DNA from: Bacilli bacterium
Lineage (GTDB): Bacteria > Bacillota_I > Bacilli_A > RFN20 > CAG-826
Direction of reading: 5' to 3'
Assembly (NCBI GenBank): GCA_017447165.1
Contig: JAFSOD010000003.1
Span: forward strand, 100,801 to 164,800
DNA length: 64,000 nucleotides
Below the pieces are notes generated by a model that saw only the letters and a program-made list of their open reading frames with translations, had not been told where the DNA came from and did no database searches. Positions within the stretch are counted from its first letter, which is position 1; the number at the start of each line of letters is the position of its first letter. Positions 47,885 through 57,431 of this stretch are shown here, piece after piece. The translations under genes and the position numbers were made by a program.

Positions 47885-49531
47885 TTAGTCTTCGTCGTAA
47901 TATTGATCATATTCATCATAATCAATATCTTCTTCTTCGACTTCTTCCTCAGCCTCTTCTTCTTCGGCTTCCATTTCTTTGAGCTCTTCTTCGGTGTAGA
48001 TAGACATACGTGGAGTATCCGCATGTTTAACAACCTTTTCTTCCTCTTTTTCTTCTTCAACTTTTTTCTTACGTTTATTAGAAGAGGATTTCTTAGCACT
48101 CTTAGAAGAATCTTCTAAGGATTTTTCTAAGTCTTCTAATGTAGTTGTAGTCTTAACAGAGGTTGTAACTTCTTCTTTAACAGGAGCTTCTTCGACTGGT
48201 TTAACTTCTTCTTTAACTTCTTCAACAGCTGGAGCGGTTTTAATTTCTTCGCTTTCAGCGACTTCTTCTAAAGCTTCGTCAAAGTCATTAGATTCGGTTT
48301 CGTATTTTCTCTCTTGAGGAGCCACATAGCCTTCTGGAAGTCCTGGGAGGGCACCACTATATTCACCTTGATAAACAAGGGATTGTTTTTGTGCTTCTGC
48401 GACTTTCTTGGCGTGTTCTTCCATATCTTGAGCAGATAATTCTTCAAATGATTGATATTCTAAGCCTTGTTCAAGAGCTTCAGTCTCAACCTTAATATCG
48501 ATGTGATATCCAGTTAATTTGACCGCTAAACGGGCGTTTACGCCTTTTCTACCGATAGCTAAGGATAAAGAATCATCCTTAACAACAACTAATGCGGATT
48601 TCTTTTCTTGGTCAACTTGGACACCGACAACTTGTGCTGGTTTTAAAGATTCCATGATGTATAAGCCAGCGTTGTCTTTATAAGTAATGATATCAATCTT
48701 CTCTTTAGAAGCACCATTTCCTAATTGGGAAACGACTTTTTGAATTCTAGTTCCATTTGGACCAATACATGCTCCAGCTGGATCAACATTGATATCTTTA
48801 GAGGTGACAGCGACTTTACTTCTTTCACCTGCTTCTCTAGCGATTGCCACAATTTCAATTGTGCCATCATATATATCGTGAATTTCTTCGGTCATAATGG
48901 CTTTTAAGAAGCCTTCAGAAGCACGAGAAACAACAATATGGGCACCACGTGGGCCAGTAGCGACATCATTAACAAATAATTTGATGGTATCGCCAACTGC
49001 AAACTTCTCATCTTTAATCATTTCTTTTCTAGTGAGATAGACGCTGGCTTTACCAATGTTAACAGTAGCGCCTCTTTCATCATATTGTTCCACACGACCA
49101 GTAATTAAAGTGTTAATCTTATCTTTAAATTGTTCGTGTAAGACTTCTTTTTCCGCTTCTGCGAATTTTTGTTTTAATAAAGACTTAATGGTAATAACCA
49201 TTGCCTTTCTTAATTCTTCAATAGGGACGTAGATACGGTATTCATCACCGACATTATATTTCTTCGCCTTATCTTCATTAGCGTCTTCGACGGAGATTTC
49301 GAGTAAATCGTCTTGAACATCTTCGACAACATTTTTGATTTGATACATTTCAAAAACGCCTTTATCAAGATCAATATCCACTCCGACAAGAGCATCATCT
49401 GCTCCTAGAGATTTTCTAAAAGCTTTCATCATGGATTCTTTTAAAGCTGCTAGAACGACATCTCTAGAAATTCCTTTGTTGACCTCAATGGCCTCTAAGG
49501 CAGCATTGATTTCATTCACGTTAATAGCCAT
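47885..49531 (-). CDS. nusA: Transcription termination/antitermination factor NusA with a C-terminal E/K-rich extension of about 200 aa
   Basis: NTD, S1 and two KH domains occupy the first ~345 aa. The rest is low-complexity, ending ...EEEAEEEVEEEDIDYDEYDQYYDED. Confidence 0.95.
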   Translation of the reverse strand: MAINVNEINAALEAIEVNKGISRDVVLAALKESMMKAFRKSLGADDALVGVDIDLDKGVFEMYQIKNVVEDVQDDLLEISVEDANEDKAKKYNVGDEYRIYVPIEELRKAMVITIKSLLKQKFAEAEKEVLHEQFKDKINTLITGRVEQYDERGATVNIGKASVYLTRKEMIKDEKFAVGDTIKLFVNDVATGPRGAHIVVSRASEGFLKAIMTEEIHDIYDGTIEIVAIAREAGERSKVAVTSKDINVDPAGACIGPNGTRIQKVVSQLGNGASKEKIDIITYKDNAGLYIMESLKPAQVVGVQVDQEKKSALVVVKDDSLSLAIGRKGVNARLAVKLTGYHIDIKVETEALEQGLEYQSFEELSAQDMEEHAKKVAEAQKQSLVYQGEYSGALPGLPEGYVAPQERKYETESNDFDEALEEVAESEEIKTAPAVEEVKEEVKPVEEAPVKEEVTTSVKTTTTLEDLEKSLEDSSKSAKKSSSNKRKKKVEEEKEEEKVVKHADTPRMSIYTEEELKEMEAEEEEAEEEVEEEDIDYDEYDQYYDED

Positions 49532-49544
49532 AAATAATTACTCC

Positions 49545-50003
49545 TTAAAATTTAATTGCTAAACGAATTTTATATATATTACTAAGTAATATAACAATGT
49601 TATTTACTCTGGTTTTATTTCTTACTGCGACCGTAATTTCATTGTCTTTCACTTCCACTAAGTCGCCTTCAAAGATATTTTCTCCTTTAATTGGATTAAT
49701 AACGTGAACGTGCACGTATCTATTTACATAATCCTTAAGGGATTCTATCTTTAGAGGCTTTTCTGCCCCTAAAGAAGAAATATCTAAGATATATGGTTCA
49801 TTAGAGTTATCAATCTCATCTAAATACTTAGATAATTCTTCACTTAGACTAACAATCATGTTCATATCGATCGGCTCAACTTTATCGACAACAATAGATA
49901 AAAATAAGTCACCTTTGTCCTTCTTGCTAGAAAGAGAAACAAAATCATAACCTAAAAGGTTAATCTTCTCTTTAAGTTTGCTTTCAAGTGATTTAACGTC
50001 CAT
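49545..50003 (-). CDS. rimP: Ribosome maturation factor RimP
   Basis: 152 aa, first gene of the rimP-nusA-ylxR-infB-rbfA array. Confidence 0.88.
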   Translation of the reverse strand: MDVKSLESKLKEKINLLGYDFVSLSSKKDKGDLFLSIVVDKVEPIDMNMIVSLSEELSKYLDEIDNSNEPYILDISSLGAEKPLKIESLKDYVNRYVHVHVINPIKGENIFEGDLVEVKDNEITVAVRNKTRVNNIVILLSNIYKIRLAIKF

Positions 50004-50117
50004 ATATCTCCTTTAAAAACAAAGAGTGCCTATCTGGGCACTCTTATTCAGAGTAATGCGTCTATTACTAAACGCAAGAATAAATATACATAAGTAATAT
50101 TTAAAAAGCAAACACTT

Positions 50118-51008
50118 TTATTCGCTAAGGAAGATAATTTTCTTTAAATGGCCGCTTTTCTTCTTTTTATGAGGATAGCTTTCTGCATATTGACCAGTCT
50201 TCTCATCATATTTCTTAAGTGCTCCATCTCCATAACGAAGTCTAGAGAACTCTTCTATATTATTAAATGAGAATATCTTGTGGCCTCTAAAGTTATATTC
50301 TTTAAAAGGATAAATAACGGAACGAGGGAAAGCGAGTTCGTGAACCATTTTATAAGGATGATCTTGGAAAGGAATAATTACCGTTTGAGAGACATAATCA
50401 CTATCTTTATATTTTTCAGCAACTCTCTTCTCAAATTCTAAGAGTTTGTTTCTGGTTCTATTCATCTTTAGATGAAGAAAGGCATCACCCACCACATATT
50501 TAATGATTCTATGCTTACTATATTTAATGAGTTTCATGTGCTCTTTTCTATTTCCTGGTACACCCATAAATAAGCAAACATCCACAAATAGACCCCTATC
50601 TTTAGTGTGGTCTGGTAGAGTAAATCTATTAGCCTCTTTTACGTAAGTTCCTTTATCTCTAATTTTTAAGGCAGGAATAAGCGGATTATAGCGGGGATTT
50701 GTTAAAACACAATCGAATGTAAATTTATCCTTCAAATCGCTTCTTAAGGCTTCGACAAATCTTGGATAATCAAAGTAATCAATAACAACATCAGCGTCAT
50801 CGTCCCAAGGAATGAAATCACCATACTTATATAGGCCTAAGGCACTACCAAAAGAAAGAGCGTAATCAATCTTGTGCTTGCGGCAAATTCGATCAATTTC
50901 TAAGATAATTTGAAAAACGATGTCTTGAACTTTTTTGTTATCGACATCGTTATTATTTTGATCTTTGGCAATTATGTATTGATTTTTATCAATAATGAAT
51001 TCGTTCAT
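50118..51008 (-). CDS. licD: LicD family phosphotransferase (phosphocholine / alditol-phosphate transferase type)
   Basis: GSALGLYKYGDFIPWDDDADV, the LicD nucleotidyltransferase-fold motif. 296 aa. Confidence 0.8.
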   Translation of the reverse strand: MNEFIIDKNQYIIAKDQNNNDVDNKKVQDIVFQIILEIDRICRKHKIDYALSFGSALGLYKYGDFIPWDDDADVVIDYFDYPRFVEALRSDLKDKFTFDCVLTNPRYNPLIPALKIRDKGTYVKEANRFTLPDHTKDRGLFVDVCLFMGVPGNRKEHMKLIKYSKHRIIKYVVGDAFLHLKMNRTRNKLLEFEKRVAEKYKDSDYVSQTVIIPFQDHPYKMVHELAFPRSVIYPFKEYNFRGHKIFSFNNIEEFSRLRYGDGALKKYDEKTGQYAESYPHKKKKSGHLKKIIFLSE

Positions 51009-51009
51009 C

Positions 51010-52095
51010 TTAGTGATATGGGTTCACAATGATTGTTCCATCTAAGCAAACAACTTCAGTGGTCTTTGCTTTAGCAAGCCAATTAGAACCTCTTTTAATT
51101 TTTCTCCATTCAGCTTTAGTACCACCATAGTTGATTCTTTCAAGTTCCACACAGTTGAAGAAACAGTTAAAACCAATTTCTTTCACAGAGTTTGGAATAG
51201 AGACTACTTGTAAATTCAAGCAGTTAGCGAATGCTCCAGCACCAAGCTTGGTAATATTTAAAGGAATATTAGCAACGATTAAATTTTGATTTTCTGCAAA
51301 TGCATGCCCACCAATAGATTCTAGATTTGGTGGTAAGGTTGTGCTTTCAGTATATTTAACTTTGTTAATTTCGTGAACTTTAGAAATATGTTCAGTAGCG
51401 ATTTCTTCGTCTTGGAGTTTTAAATCTTTTTCTAAAATTGCATCTCTAAAGTGGCTTCCATAGAAAGACGCAAAGAAGATAGCAAAGAATAAGCTAACTC
51501 CTAAAGGAATGGTTGATAGCCAAATGAATAAATCAATAGGTGGAGTAGTTAATGCTCTGACTGTAAAGAAAATAAAGATAAATCCAAGGAAGATTAATAA
51601 TGTGAAGACAAAGTCAGTAATCGCAATACGTTTCACTGCCGCAGACGACTTTAGATAGCCTTTGGCTAAATGAACGATTGATAAGATAATTAAAACCACA
51701 GATAAAATCATGATAATGCCAATGATGATACCCATAGCCATAAATGTATATGGTATTGCTTGGGACATTGCTGGGTTTTCAACAGGATCAAATAAGCCGG
51801 TAGACATCATATCAATATATGGGTTACTAGCAATAATACTAGGAGTGCCTGTGAAAAGTTGGCTAAATAACTCAGTGAGTTTATCGATAGTATATCTAAA
51901 GATATCTAAACCATTTAGTCCAGTACGGAAATCTGGTGGGGTAACACCAGAATATAGAGGAATAAATAAAATACAAAGAGGAAAGGCAGCAAAAATAATA
52001 GTGAAAATCGCGTAAAAGGTATTCGCTGCACTATGTGGATGGTTAACTTTCCACCCATTTACTTCCTTAATTTCTCTTAATTTTCGATTTCCCAT
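51010..52095 (-). CDS. Membrane protein with a C-terminal BspA-type leucine-rich-repeat domain
   Basis: About 5 TM segments, then IGGHAFAENQNLIVANIPLNITKLGAGAFANCLNLQVVSIPNSVKEIGFNCFFNCVELERINYGGT. Confidence 0.75.
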   Translation of the reverse strand: MGNRKLREIKEVNGWKVNHPHSAANTFYAIFTIIFAAFPLCILFIPLYSGVTPPDFRTGLNGLDIFRYTIDKLTELFSQLFTGTPSIIASNPYIDMMSTGLFDPVENPAMSQAIPYTFMAMGIIIGIIMILSVVLIILSIVHLAKGYLKSSAAVKRIAITDFVFTLLIFLGFIFIFFTVRALTTPPIDLFIWLSTIPLGVSLFFAIFFASFYGSHFRDAILEKDLKLQDEEIATEHISKVHEINKVKYTESTTLPPNLESIGGHAFAENQNLIVANIPLNITKLGAGAFANCLNLQVVSIPNSVKEIGFNCFFNCVELERINYGGTKAEWRKIKRGSNWLAKAKTTEVVCLDGTIIVNPYH

Positions 52096-52127
52096 ATCTT
52101 CTATTCTTCAATTATTACATAATTCGA

Positions 52128-52907
52128 CTATTTTTTAAAACCATTTTCGATTGCTTTTTGATATAAAGAGGAGGCTAGAGCCTCACTTTTCTCCACACCA
52201 ATGCCATCTTTATAATATAAAGAGAGATTATATAAGCAACGCGGTTCATTAATATTCGCTCCAATTTCATAATAGTAGCGGGCTCGGGCAAGATCTTGTT
52301 TTACACCCAATCCACTAGCGTAACAAAGCCCCAAATAGAAAATGCAATCTGGATCCTTGTGTTTGAAACCCTGGGAGAAGTAATTAAATGCTTCATCATA
52401 ATTATGGAGTTGATAGCAAACTTTACCTAAAGAAGCATAGACTTCAACTTCTCCAAGATCTAATGCCTTTTTAAGCAAGGAAAGAGCAATCTCTAAATCT
52501 TTAGAGACCACTTTCCCTTCAATATAAAGTTTAGCGAGTAACTTAATAGAAGGAATATGATTGACACTGACTCCATAAGTTAAATAGGGAATTGATTCAG
52601 AATATCGACCTTCTTTAATATCTAATAAAGCGAGATTATATCCACAAGCTTCATCTCCAAGTTCAAACCCTTTTTTATAATAGAGTTTAGCAGTATCAAA
52701 ATCAGGTTTATCTATTAACCCACAAGAGTAAATATAGCCAAGTCGACGATAAGACTCTGGTTGATTGATATATTTAAGTCTCTCAATTTCTAACTTAGCG
52801 TGATAGAAATCTTTTTGTTCAATATAAAAATCGATCAAATTATTGATCGCATTTATATCTCCAACTGTGGCTCTTTCTAATAGCCTATCTAATTCAAAAG
52901 AATCCAT
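52128..52907 (-). CDS. Sel1-like (SLR/TPR) repeat protein
   Basis: Repeated A..YY.KG...G....A..NL(A/G) modules. The start is probably ATG 52907 (MDSFELDRL), 2 nt after the HAD stop. The ORF-track start at 52973 overlaps the HAD gene. Confidence 0.72.
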   Translation of the reverse strand: MDSFELDRLLERATVGDINAINNLIDFYIEQKDFYHAKLEIERLKYINQPESYRRLGYIYSCGLIDKPDFDTAKLYYKKGFELGDEACGYNLALLDIKEGRYSESIPYLTYGVSVNHIPSIKLLAKLYIEGKVVSKDLEIALSLLKKALDLGEVEVYASLGKVCYQLHNYDEAFNYFSQGFKHKDPDCIFYLGLCYASGLGVKQDLARARYYYEIGANINEPRCLYNLSLYYKDGIGVEKSEALASSLYQKAIENGFKK

Positions 52908-52908
52908 T

Positions 52909-53535
52909 TTATAGTTCTGAAAGTGAGGTAATAACAATTCCATCCTCATCAAGATATTGATCCGCTCTATCAAGCAAGACTGCGGTCACTCCAGCGTTAA
53001 GCGCGGCTTTTTTATCATCAAGAGCATCACCAACGTAGCAAATCTTGCTCTTATCAGTTAAAGATAAAAGTTCCATCGCTTTATAGATCGGTTCTGGATT
53101 TGGTTTATGTTTTTCTGTATCGTCATTACCAATAATGACATCGAACATTTTTTCGTCGATATTTAAAAATCTTAATACGTCTTTAACATGCTTAACATTG
53201 TTACTTGTAACAATGCCTAATTGTTTCCCTTTGTTTTTTAACTTAATTAAAGCTGGTAAAACATCTTCGTAGCTCTTGGTTAATTTAAGAACAAACTCAG
53301 CATCTAGCAAAGCACGGATATTCTTCTCAAAGACTTTCATTGCTTCATCAGTCATTGGAGCGCCTAATTCTTCATAACCTTGAATTAGAGGGATTCTCAT
53401 CAAGCGTAAAACATATCCTTCTGGGACATCCACTCCAACTGAAGCGTAGGCGCCATGAAACACTTCCACCAAAGAATCGTGGGAGTCGACAAGAGTTCCG
53501 TCAAAATCGAATAAATATGTTTCTATACTCTTCAT
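52909..53535 (-). CDS. HAD-superfamily phosphatase (phosphoglycolate phosphatase-like)
   Basis: LFDFDGTLVDS motif I, VTSN motif II, YVGDALDD motif IV. Confidence 0.85.
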   Translation of the reverse strand: MKSIETYLFDFDGTLVDSHDSLVEVFHGAYASVGVDVPEGYVLRLMRIPLIQGYEELGAPMTDEAMKVFEKNIRALLDAEFVLKLTKSYEDVLPALIKLKNKGKQLGIVTSNNVKHVKDVLRFLNIDEKMFDVIIGNDDTEKHKPNPEPIYKAMELLSLTDKSKICYVGDALDDKKAALNAGVTAVLLDRADQYLDEDGIVITSLSEL

Positions 53536-53581
53536 AACGATTAAATCTTAACGGAAAAGAAATAATAAATAAAGAATTTTA

Positions 53582-54130
53582 TTGATTATTAAGAAGGTTA
53601 TTTCTATAATCTTGTTGCTTATGAGAATTAAACTTGCAACATTTGTCTATACCCTTATCTGTAATATCCCTGTCTGCTTCTTCTTATGTTTAGCAGCCGC
53701 AATCACTGGCGCCAGCACATTTGAAAACGGGGCTTTAATTATCAATTTTGCGGATATCTCCTGGCTAAATATCTTATGGAACTTCTTAGTGGGCTTCACA
53801 ATCGCGATGTTACTCGGTAACTTCGTGCCGCTAACTAAGATTGGTAGATGGTTCACCGCTTTATTCGGTGTTAGAAATGATACTTATACAGGTAATATGC
53901 CATATAGATTATTATCTACACTCATTATTACCTTCATCTATTATATTGTTATTACCCCAACACTTACGTTATTCAATTACTTCGTGTTGAAGATTTATAC
54001 AACTCCTGCACAAGCAGGTATCTCATTCTTAATCAACATTCCAATCATGTTGCTTGTTGGATTTGTAAGTTCCTTACTTAACGATATCGCTGCTTATAAA
54101 GTCGCTCACATGATTGATTCAGATTTCTAA
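53582..54130 (+). CDS. Polytopic membrane protein, function unknown
   Basis: About 4-5 TM segments. Starts at TTG 53582 or ATG 53621. Followed by a clean terminator. Confidence 0.6.
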   Translation: MIIKKVISIILLLMRIKLATFVYTLICNIPVCFFLCLAAAITGASTFENGALIINFADISWLNILWNFLVGFTIAMLLGNFVPLTKIGRWFTALFGVRNDTYTGNMPYRLLSTLIITFIYYIVITPTLTLFNYFVLKIYTTPAQAGISFLINIPIMLLVGFVSSLLNDIAAYKVAHMIDSDF

Positions 54131-54134
54131 AAAG

Positions 54135-54159
54135 TCTCACGAGTTTGTGAGATTTTTTT
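54135..54159 (+). terminator. Rho-independent terminator
   Basis: TCTCAC - gagttt - GTGAGA followed by TTTTTTT. Confidence 0.75.
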
Positions 54160-54256
54160 ATGCATAGCATAATGCTATTTTTTAACTGCGCACAATAACT
54201 TTTTTTTTCACAAGTTTTTGAAAAAACCAGCCTTTGTATATATGAGGAGGTTATAT

Positions 54257-54584
54257 ATGCGTTTTATCAAACGGCACATCCGATTCAACAAAAAAACGAA
54301 AGCACCCAGCGATTGTTTTTGCTGAATCAGAAGATGGTAATTATTTTTATAATTTTTGAATAACACATAGCAAAAGTAGAGGCCATCATAATAATCTTGA
54401 AATTACTGATCCAGCAAATTTTAAGCAATTGTCATATGTTAGAGACGATTTATCGATAGACGAGAAGAAGTTTCTAAAAGAAATATTAGATGATTATAAA
54501 CTGCACCCAAAAGATTATAAGAGAATTTGGGAAAGAATAATAAAGAAAAAAGTTAATAAGGTATTATTATTTGCTATTAAGTGA
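54257..54584 (+). pseudogene. Decayed small basic protein gene (frameshift in an A7 run plus an in-frame TGA)
   Basis: Strong SD GAGGAGG, then ATG 54257 reads MRFIKRHIRFNKK. After the A7 run (54290-54296) the sense continues in another frame: RKHPAIVFAESEDGNYFYNF, TGA (54357-54359), ITHSKSRGHHNNLEITDPANFKQLSYVRDDLSIDEKKFLKEILDDYKLHPKDYKRIWERIIKKK..., stop at 54582-54584. Confidence 0.55.
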
Positions 54585-55457
54585 ATCAGCAGTTCTTTTT
54601 TTAGCGTGGAAGGCTAATCCAAGAGCGTCAGGTCCGCAGTGGCTACCAGCGGTTGGATTAACGTAGATAACTTCAATCTTAAGGTCTTCTCCGTATTTTT
54701 CATGGAGTTTAGCTTTGACATCATCCACTAAATAGTCAGCATCGCTATGAGCGATAACACACGGATAGTTTTTGATATCAACTTGTAATTCATCAACGTA
54801 TTCAAGAACTTTATCAACAGCCTTCTTACGAGACATCGCACTTCCAATAGAGGTCATCTTACCATCTTCACCAATATAGATGATTGGTTTAACACCCATC
54901 ATTCCGCCCATAAAAGCTTTAAAACCTGTAACACGTCCGCTCTTTTTGAAGAACTTAATGTTATCAGCAAAGAAATAGAAAGCTGTTTGATCAATGCCGG
55001 TTTTAGCCCATTCCAAGATTTCATCAATGGACTTGCCTGCTTTATAAAGTTCAGCAACTTGAATAGAACCAGCATAACCACCAACAGTAATACCTTTAGT
55101 GTCTACTAATTCAATTCTTCTTTTTGGGTATTTAGCTAATAATTCTTTAATGGCCTCTTCACAAACATCTATAGAGACAGTCATCACTCTAGAGAAGTGC
55201 ACATAAAGAATATCTTTTCCTTCTTTTAAAGTTGGTTCAAAGTATTCAATATATTGAGCCTTGCTTAATGCACAGGTGGTTGGTAAAACTCCACCTCTAA
55301 GCATTTTGTAAAATGCTTTGTAATCAAATGTATCGCTGTCTTTAAAAGGATAAACTTCCTCTTCTACAACGTAAGGCATAGAAATTAAGCCAGCATCATA
55401 GCGTCTAGCAATTTCTGGTGTAATGTCGCAATCAGTGTCAAAAAATAACTTGTACAT
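54567..55457 (-). CDS. DegV family fatty-acid-binding protein (FakB-like)
   Basis: 296 aa, DegV fold signature (FFDTDCDI N-terminus). Last gene of fakA-acp-degV. Confidence 0.88.
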   Translation of the reverse strand: MYKLFFDTDCDITPEIARRYDAGLISMPYVVEEEVYPFKDSDTFDYKAFYKMLRGGVLPTTCALSKAQYIEYFEPTLKEGKDILYVHFSRVMTVSIDVCEEAIKELLAKYPKRRIELVDTKGITVGGYAGSIQVAELYKAGKSIDEILEWAKTGIDQTAFYFFADNIKFFKKSGRVTGFKAFMGGMMGVKPIIYIGEDGKMTSIGSAMSRKKAVDKVLEYVDELQVDIKNYPCVIAHSDADYLVDDVKAKLHEKYGEDLKIEVIYVNPTAGSHCGPDALGLAFHAKKRTADSLNSK

Positions 55458-55471
55458 ATTTATTTCCTTCC

Positions 55472-55696
55472 TTATTTTTTAGCGTGTTCGTTTAAATAAT
55501 CTAAGACATCTTTCACAGTCTCAAAAGGAATAGCGTCAGTAAATTCCACACCAAATTCTTCTTCCATGGACATAGAAAGCATCATCATTCCAATAGAATC
55601 AATGCCTAAATCCGCTAGCTTTGTAGCTTCTGTAGCGTGTTCCACGTCAGCATCAGGCATATTCCCTTTAATTAATTTTTTAAGTCTATCTAACAT
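55472..55696 (-). CDS. acpP: Acyl carrier protein
   Basis: 74 aa, acidic, with the LGIDSIG phosphopantetheine attachment motif. Confidence 0.85.
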   Translation of the reverse strand: MLDRLKKLIKGNMPDADVEHATEATKLADLGIDSIGMMMLSMSMEEEFGVEFTDAIPFETVKDVLDYLNEHAKK

Positions 55697-57354
55697 TAAT
55701 AAATTCCTATTAATAAATCGTAAATATCTTGTTTACCAGGGATTAAACCAATCTCTACTTGAGGATAGTCTCTATTTAAGACTTCCATAATCTCATTAGC
55801 AACATCTTCACTTAAAGCTTGACCAAAGAACACAAAAGCAAAGCTTTTTTCTTCAATATCTTCAATTTTGGAGAAGGTTTCTAAAGTCGCTTCGATAATA
55901 TCGTCTTGATAACCAATTAGTTTATGTCCAATCGCTTCAACATAGCTTCCTTTAGGAGCAACTTCACCTTCAATATTGGCTTCTTTGCCGCTTCTAAAAA
56001 TGGTAAGAGGAATCATTCCAGTAACACCTTCAAGCAAACAATCTTCAACTTCTTTTGGAGATAAATCTTCATCAAAGAAATTATTTAAAGCCGCGAAACC
56101 TTCTTGAATGTTCTTGGTTTCAATAACGTGAACGTGACTATCCTTATATAAATCTGCCGCTTGATGAGCAGTTTTAATCATATTTGCTTCATTAGGAAGT
56201 AGGAAAATATCATCAGCGTTAACATAGTTAAAAGCATCGATAAGTTCACTGACACTTGTATTCATGGTGGTGCCACCATTTAAGACTAAATCAGTTCTTA
56301 ATTCCTTAAAGGATTCGATGATACCGTCGCCTTGCGCCACAGTGATAATAGCGATTCTCTTTCTTTCACCACGTTTCTTATTTTCTTCTTTAATAATGTT
56401 ATTGTGTTGAAGAGCCATATTCTCCATTTTAAAGGCGACAAATTCACCAAATCTTTGGGCGTATTCAATCACCACATAAGGAGTTTTGGTGTGAATATGA
56501 ACTTTGACAATTGTGCCAGTTTGGAAGCAAACTAGGGATTCTCCGTGCGCTTGCATCCAACTAATAAACTCATTGATATCAAATTCTTCAACTTTGATTT
56601 TGGAATTTAATAATTGAAGTAAGAACTCAGTGCAGTACCCATATTCAAGTTCGCTGTTTTCATTAAAAGCGGAATAATCAATCTTATCCATTGGATTGGA
56701 TTCTTCAATTTCGTGATCATCAACATCTTCTAATTCTTTACCAGTGAAGAATGATAGAAATCCTTCAAAGATGGTTAATAATCCTTTTCCTCCAGAATCC
56801 ACTACTCCATTTTCTTTTAAAACAGGGAGTAAGTTTGGAGTGTTATCTAAAGACTTTCTCATCTCTAACACTACTTTAGTAAAGAAGTCTAAATAATTCT
56901 CTTGTCCAGTTAAGCAATATTTAGCAGCTTCAATAGATTCTCTAGCAACAGTAAGGATGGTGCCTTCAGCAACATCAGCACAAGCGTTATAAGCGTTTTT
57001 ATAGGCGCCAACCATGGCAAAAGCAAAATCATGAACAGAGATTTCTTCTACATTCATAATGGCATCAGCAAAGCCTCTAAAATATTGGCTTAATAAGACA
57101 CCAGAATTGCCTCTAGCACCAAATAGCATTCCCCTAGCAAATTCATCAGCGATTTTTCCAACGGGAGCGTCATCATCACTAATGGTTTTAAGTCCGTTAG
57201 AATAAGTAAGCTTCATATTAGTGCCAGTATCGCCATCAGGGACAGGAAAAACATTTAAATCGTTAATGATTTGTAAATGAGCAACTAAGTTTTTATATCC
57301 AAGTCGTAGTAATTCAACAAATGTTGAACCATTAATTTCTGACTGTGTATTCAT
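55696..57354 (-). CDS. fakA: DAK2-domain fatty acid kinase subunit FakA (YloV-like)
   Basis: 552 aa. Dak2 motifs DGDTGTNM and RGNSG. C-terminal FakA-type domains. Confidence 0.88.
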   Translation of the reverse strand: MNTQSEINGSTFVELLRLGYKNLVAHLQIINDLNVFPVPDGDTGTNMKLTYSNGLKTISDDDAPVGKIADEFARGMLFGARGNSGVLLSQYFRGFADAIMNVEEISVHDFAFAMVGAYKNAYNACADVAEGTILTVARESIEAAKYCLTGQENYLDFFTKVVLEMRKSLDNTPNLLPVLKENGVVDSGGKGLLTIFEGFLSFFTGKELEDVDDHEIEESNPMDKIDYSAFNENSELEYGYCTEFLLQLLNSKIKVEEFDINEFISWMQAHGESLVCFQTGTIVKVHIHTKTPYVVIEYAQRFGEFVAFKMENMALQHNNIIKEENKKRGERKRIAIITVAQGDGIIESFKELRTDLVLNGGTTMNTSVSELIDAFNYVNADDIFLLPNEANMIKTAHQAADLYKDSHVHVIETKNIQEGFAALNNFFDEDLSPKEVEDCLLEGVTGMIPLTIFRSGKEANIEGEVAPKGSYVEAIGHKLIGYQDDIIEATLETFSKIEDIEEKSFAFVFFGQALSEDVANEIMEVLNRDYPQVEIGLIPGKQDIYDLLIGIY

Positions 57355-57392
57355 AATATAATATCGTTAATAATCTTCTTTCGACCTTGACT

Positions 57393-57420
57393 ATTATAAT
57401 CTATTATAATTAATATGCAA
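57393..57420 (-). promoter_or_regulatory. Candidate sigma-70-type promoter of fakA
   Basis: Minus strand: TTGCAT (57420-57415), 16 nt, TATAAT (57398-57393). Confidence 0.45.
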
Positions 57421-57431
57421 GTTATATCGCT

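Noticed and set aside
47869-48118. A Lys-rich 76-aa ORF (47869-48099, minus strand) and a Phe-rich ORF (47903-48118, plus strand).
   Set aside because: These are alternative-frame and antisense readings of the GAA/AAG-rich low-complexity tail of nusA.
54357-54359. The in-frame TGA as evidence for genetic code 4 (TGA = Trp), as in many Mollicutes.
   Set aside because: All conserved genes in the window are full length under code 11 with TGG for Trp. TGA also terminates well-defined genes, for example dinJ at 41426-41428 and the DUF1016 gene at 43954-43956.
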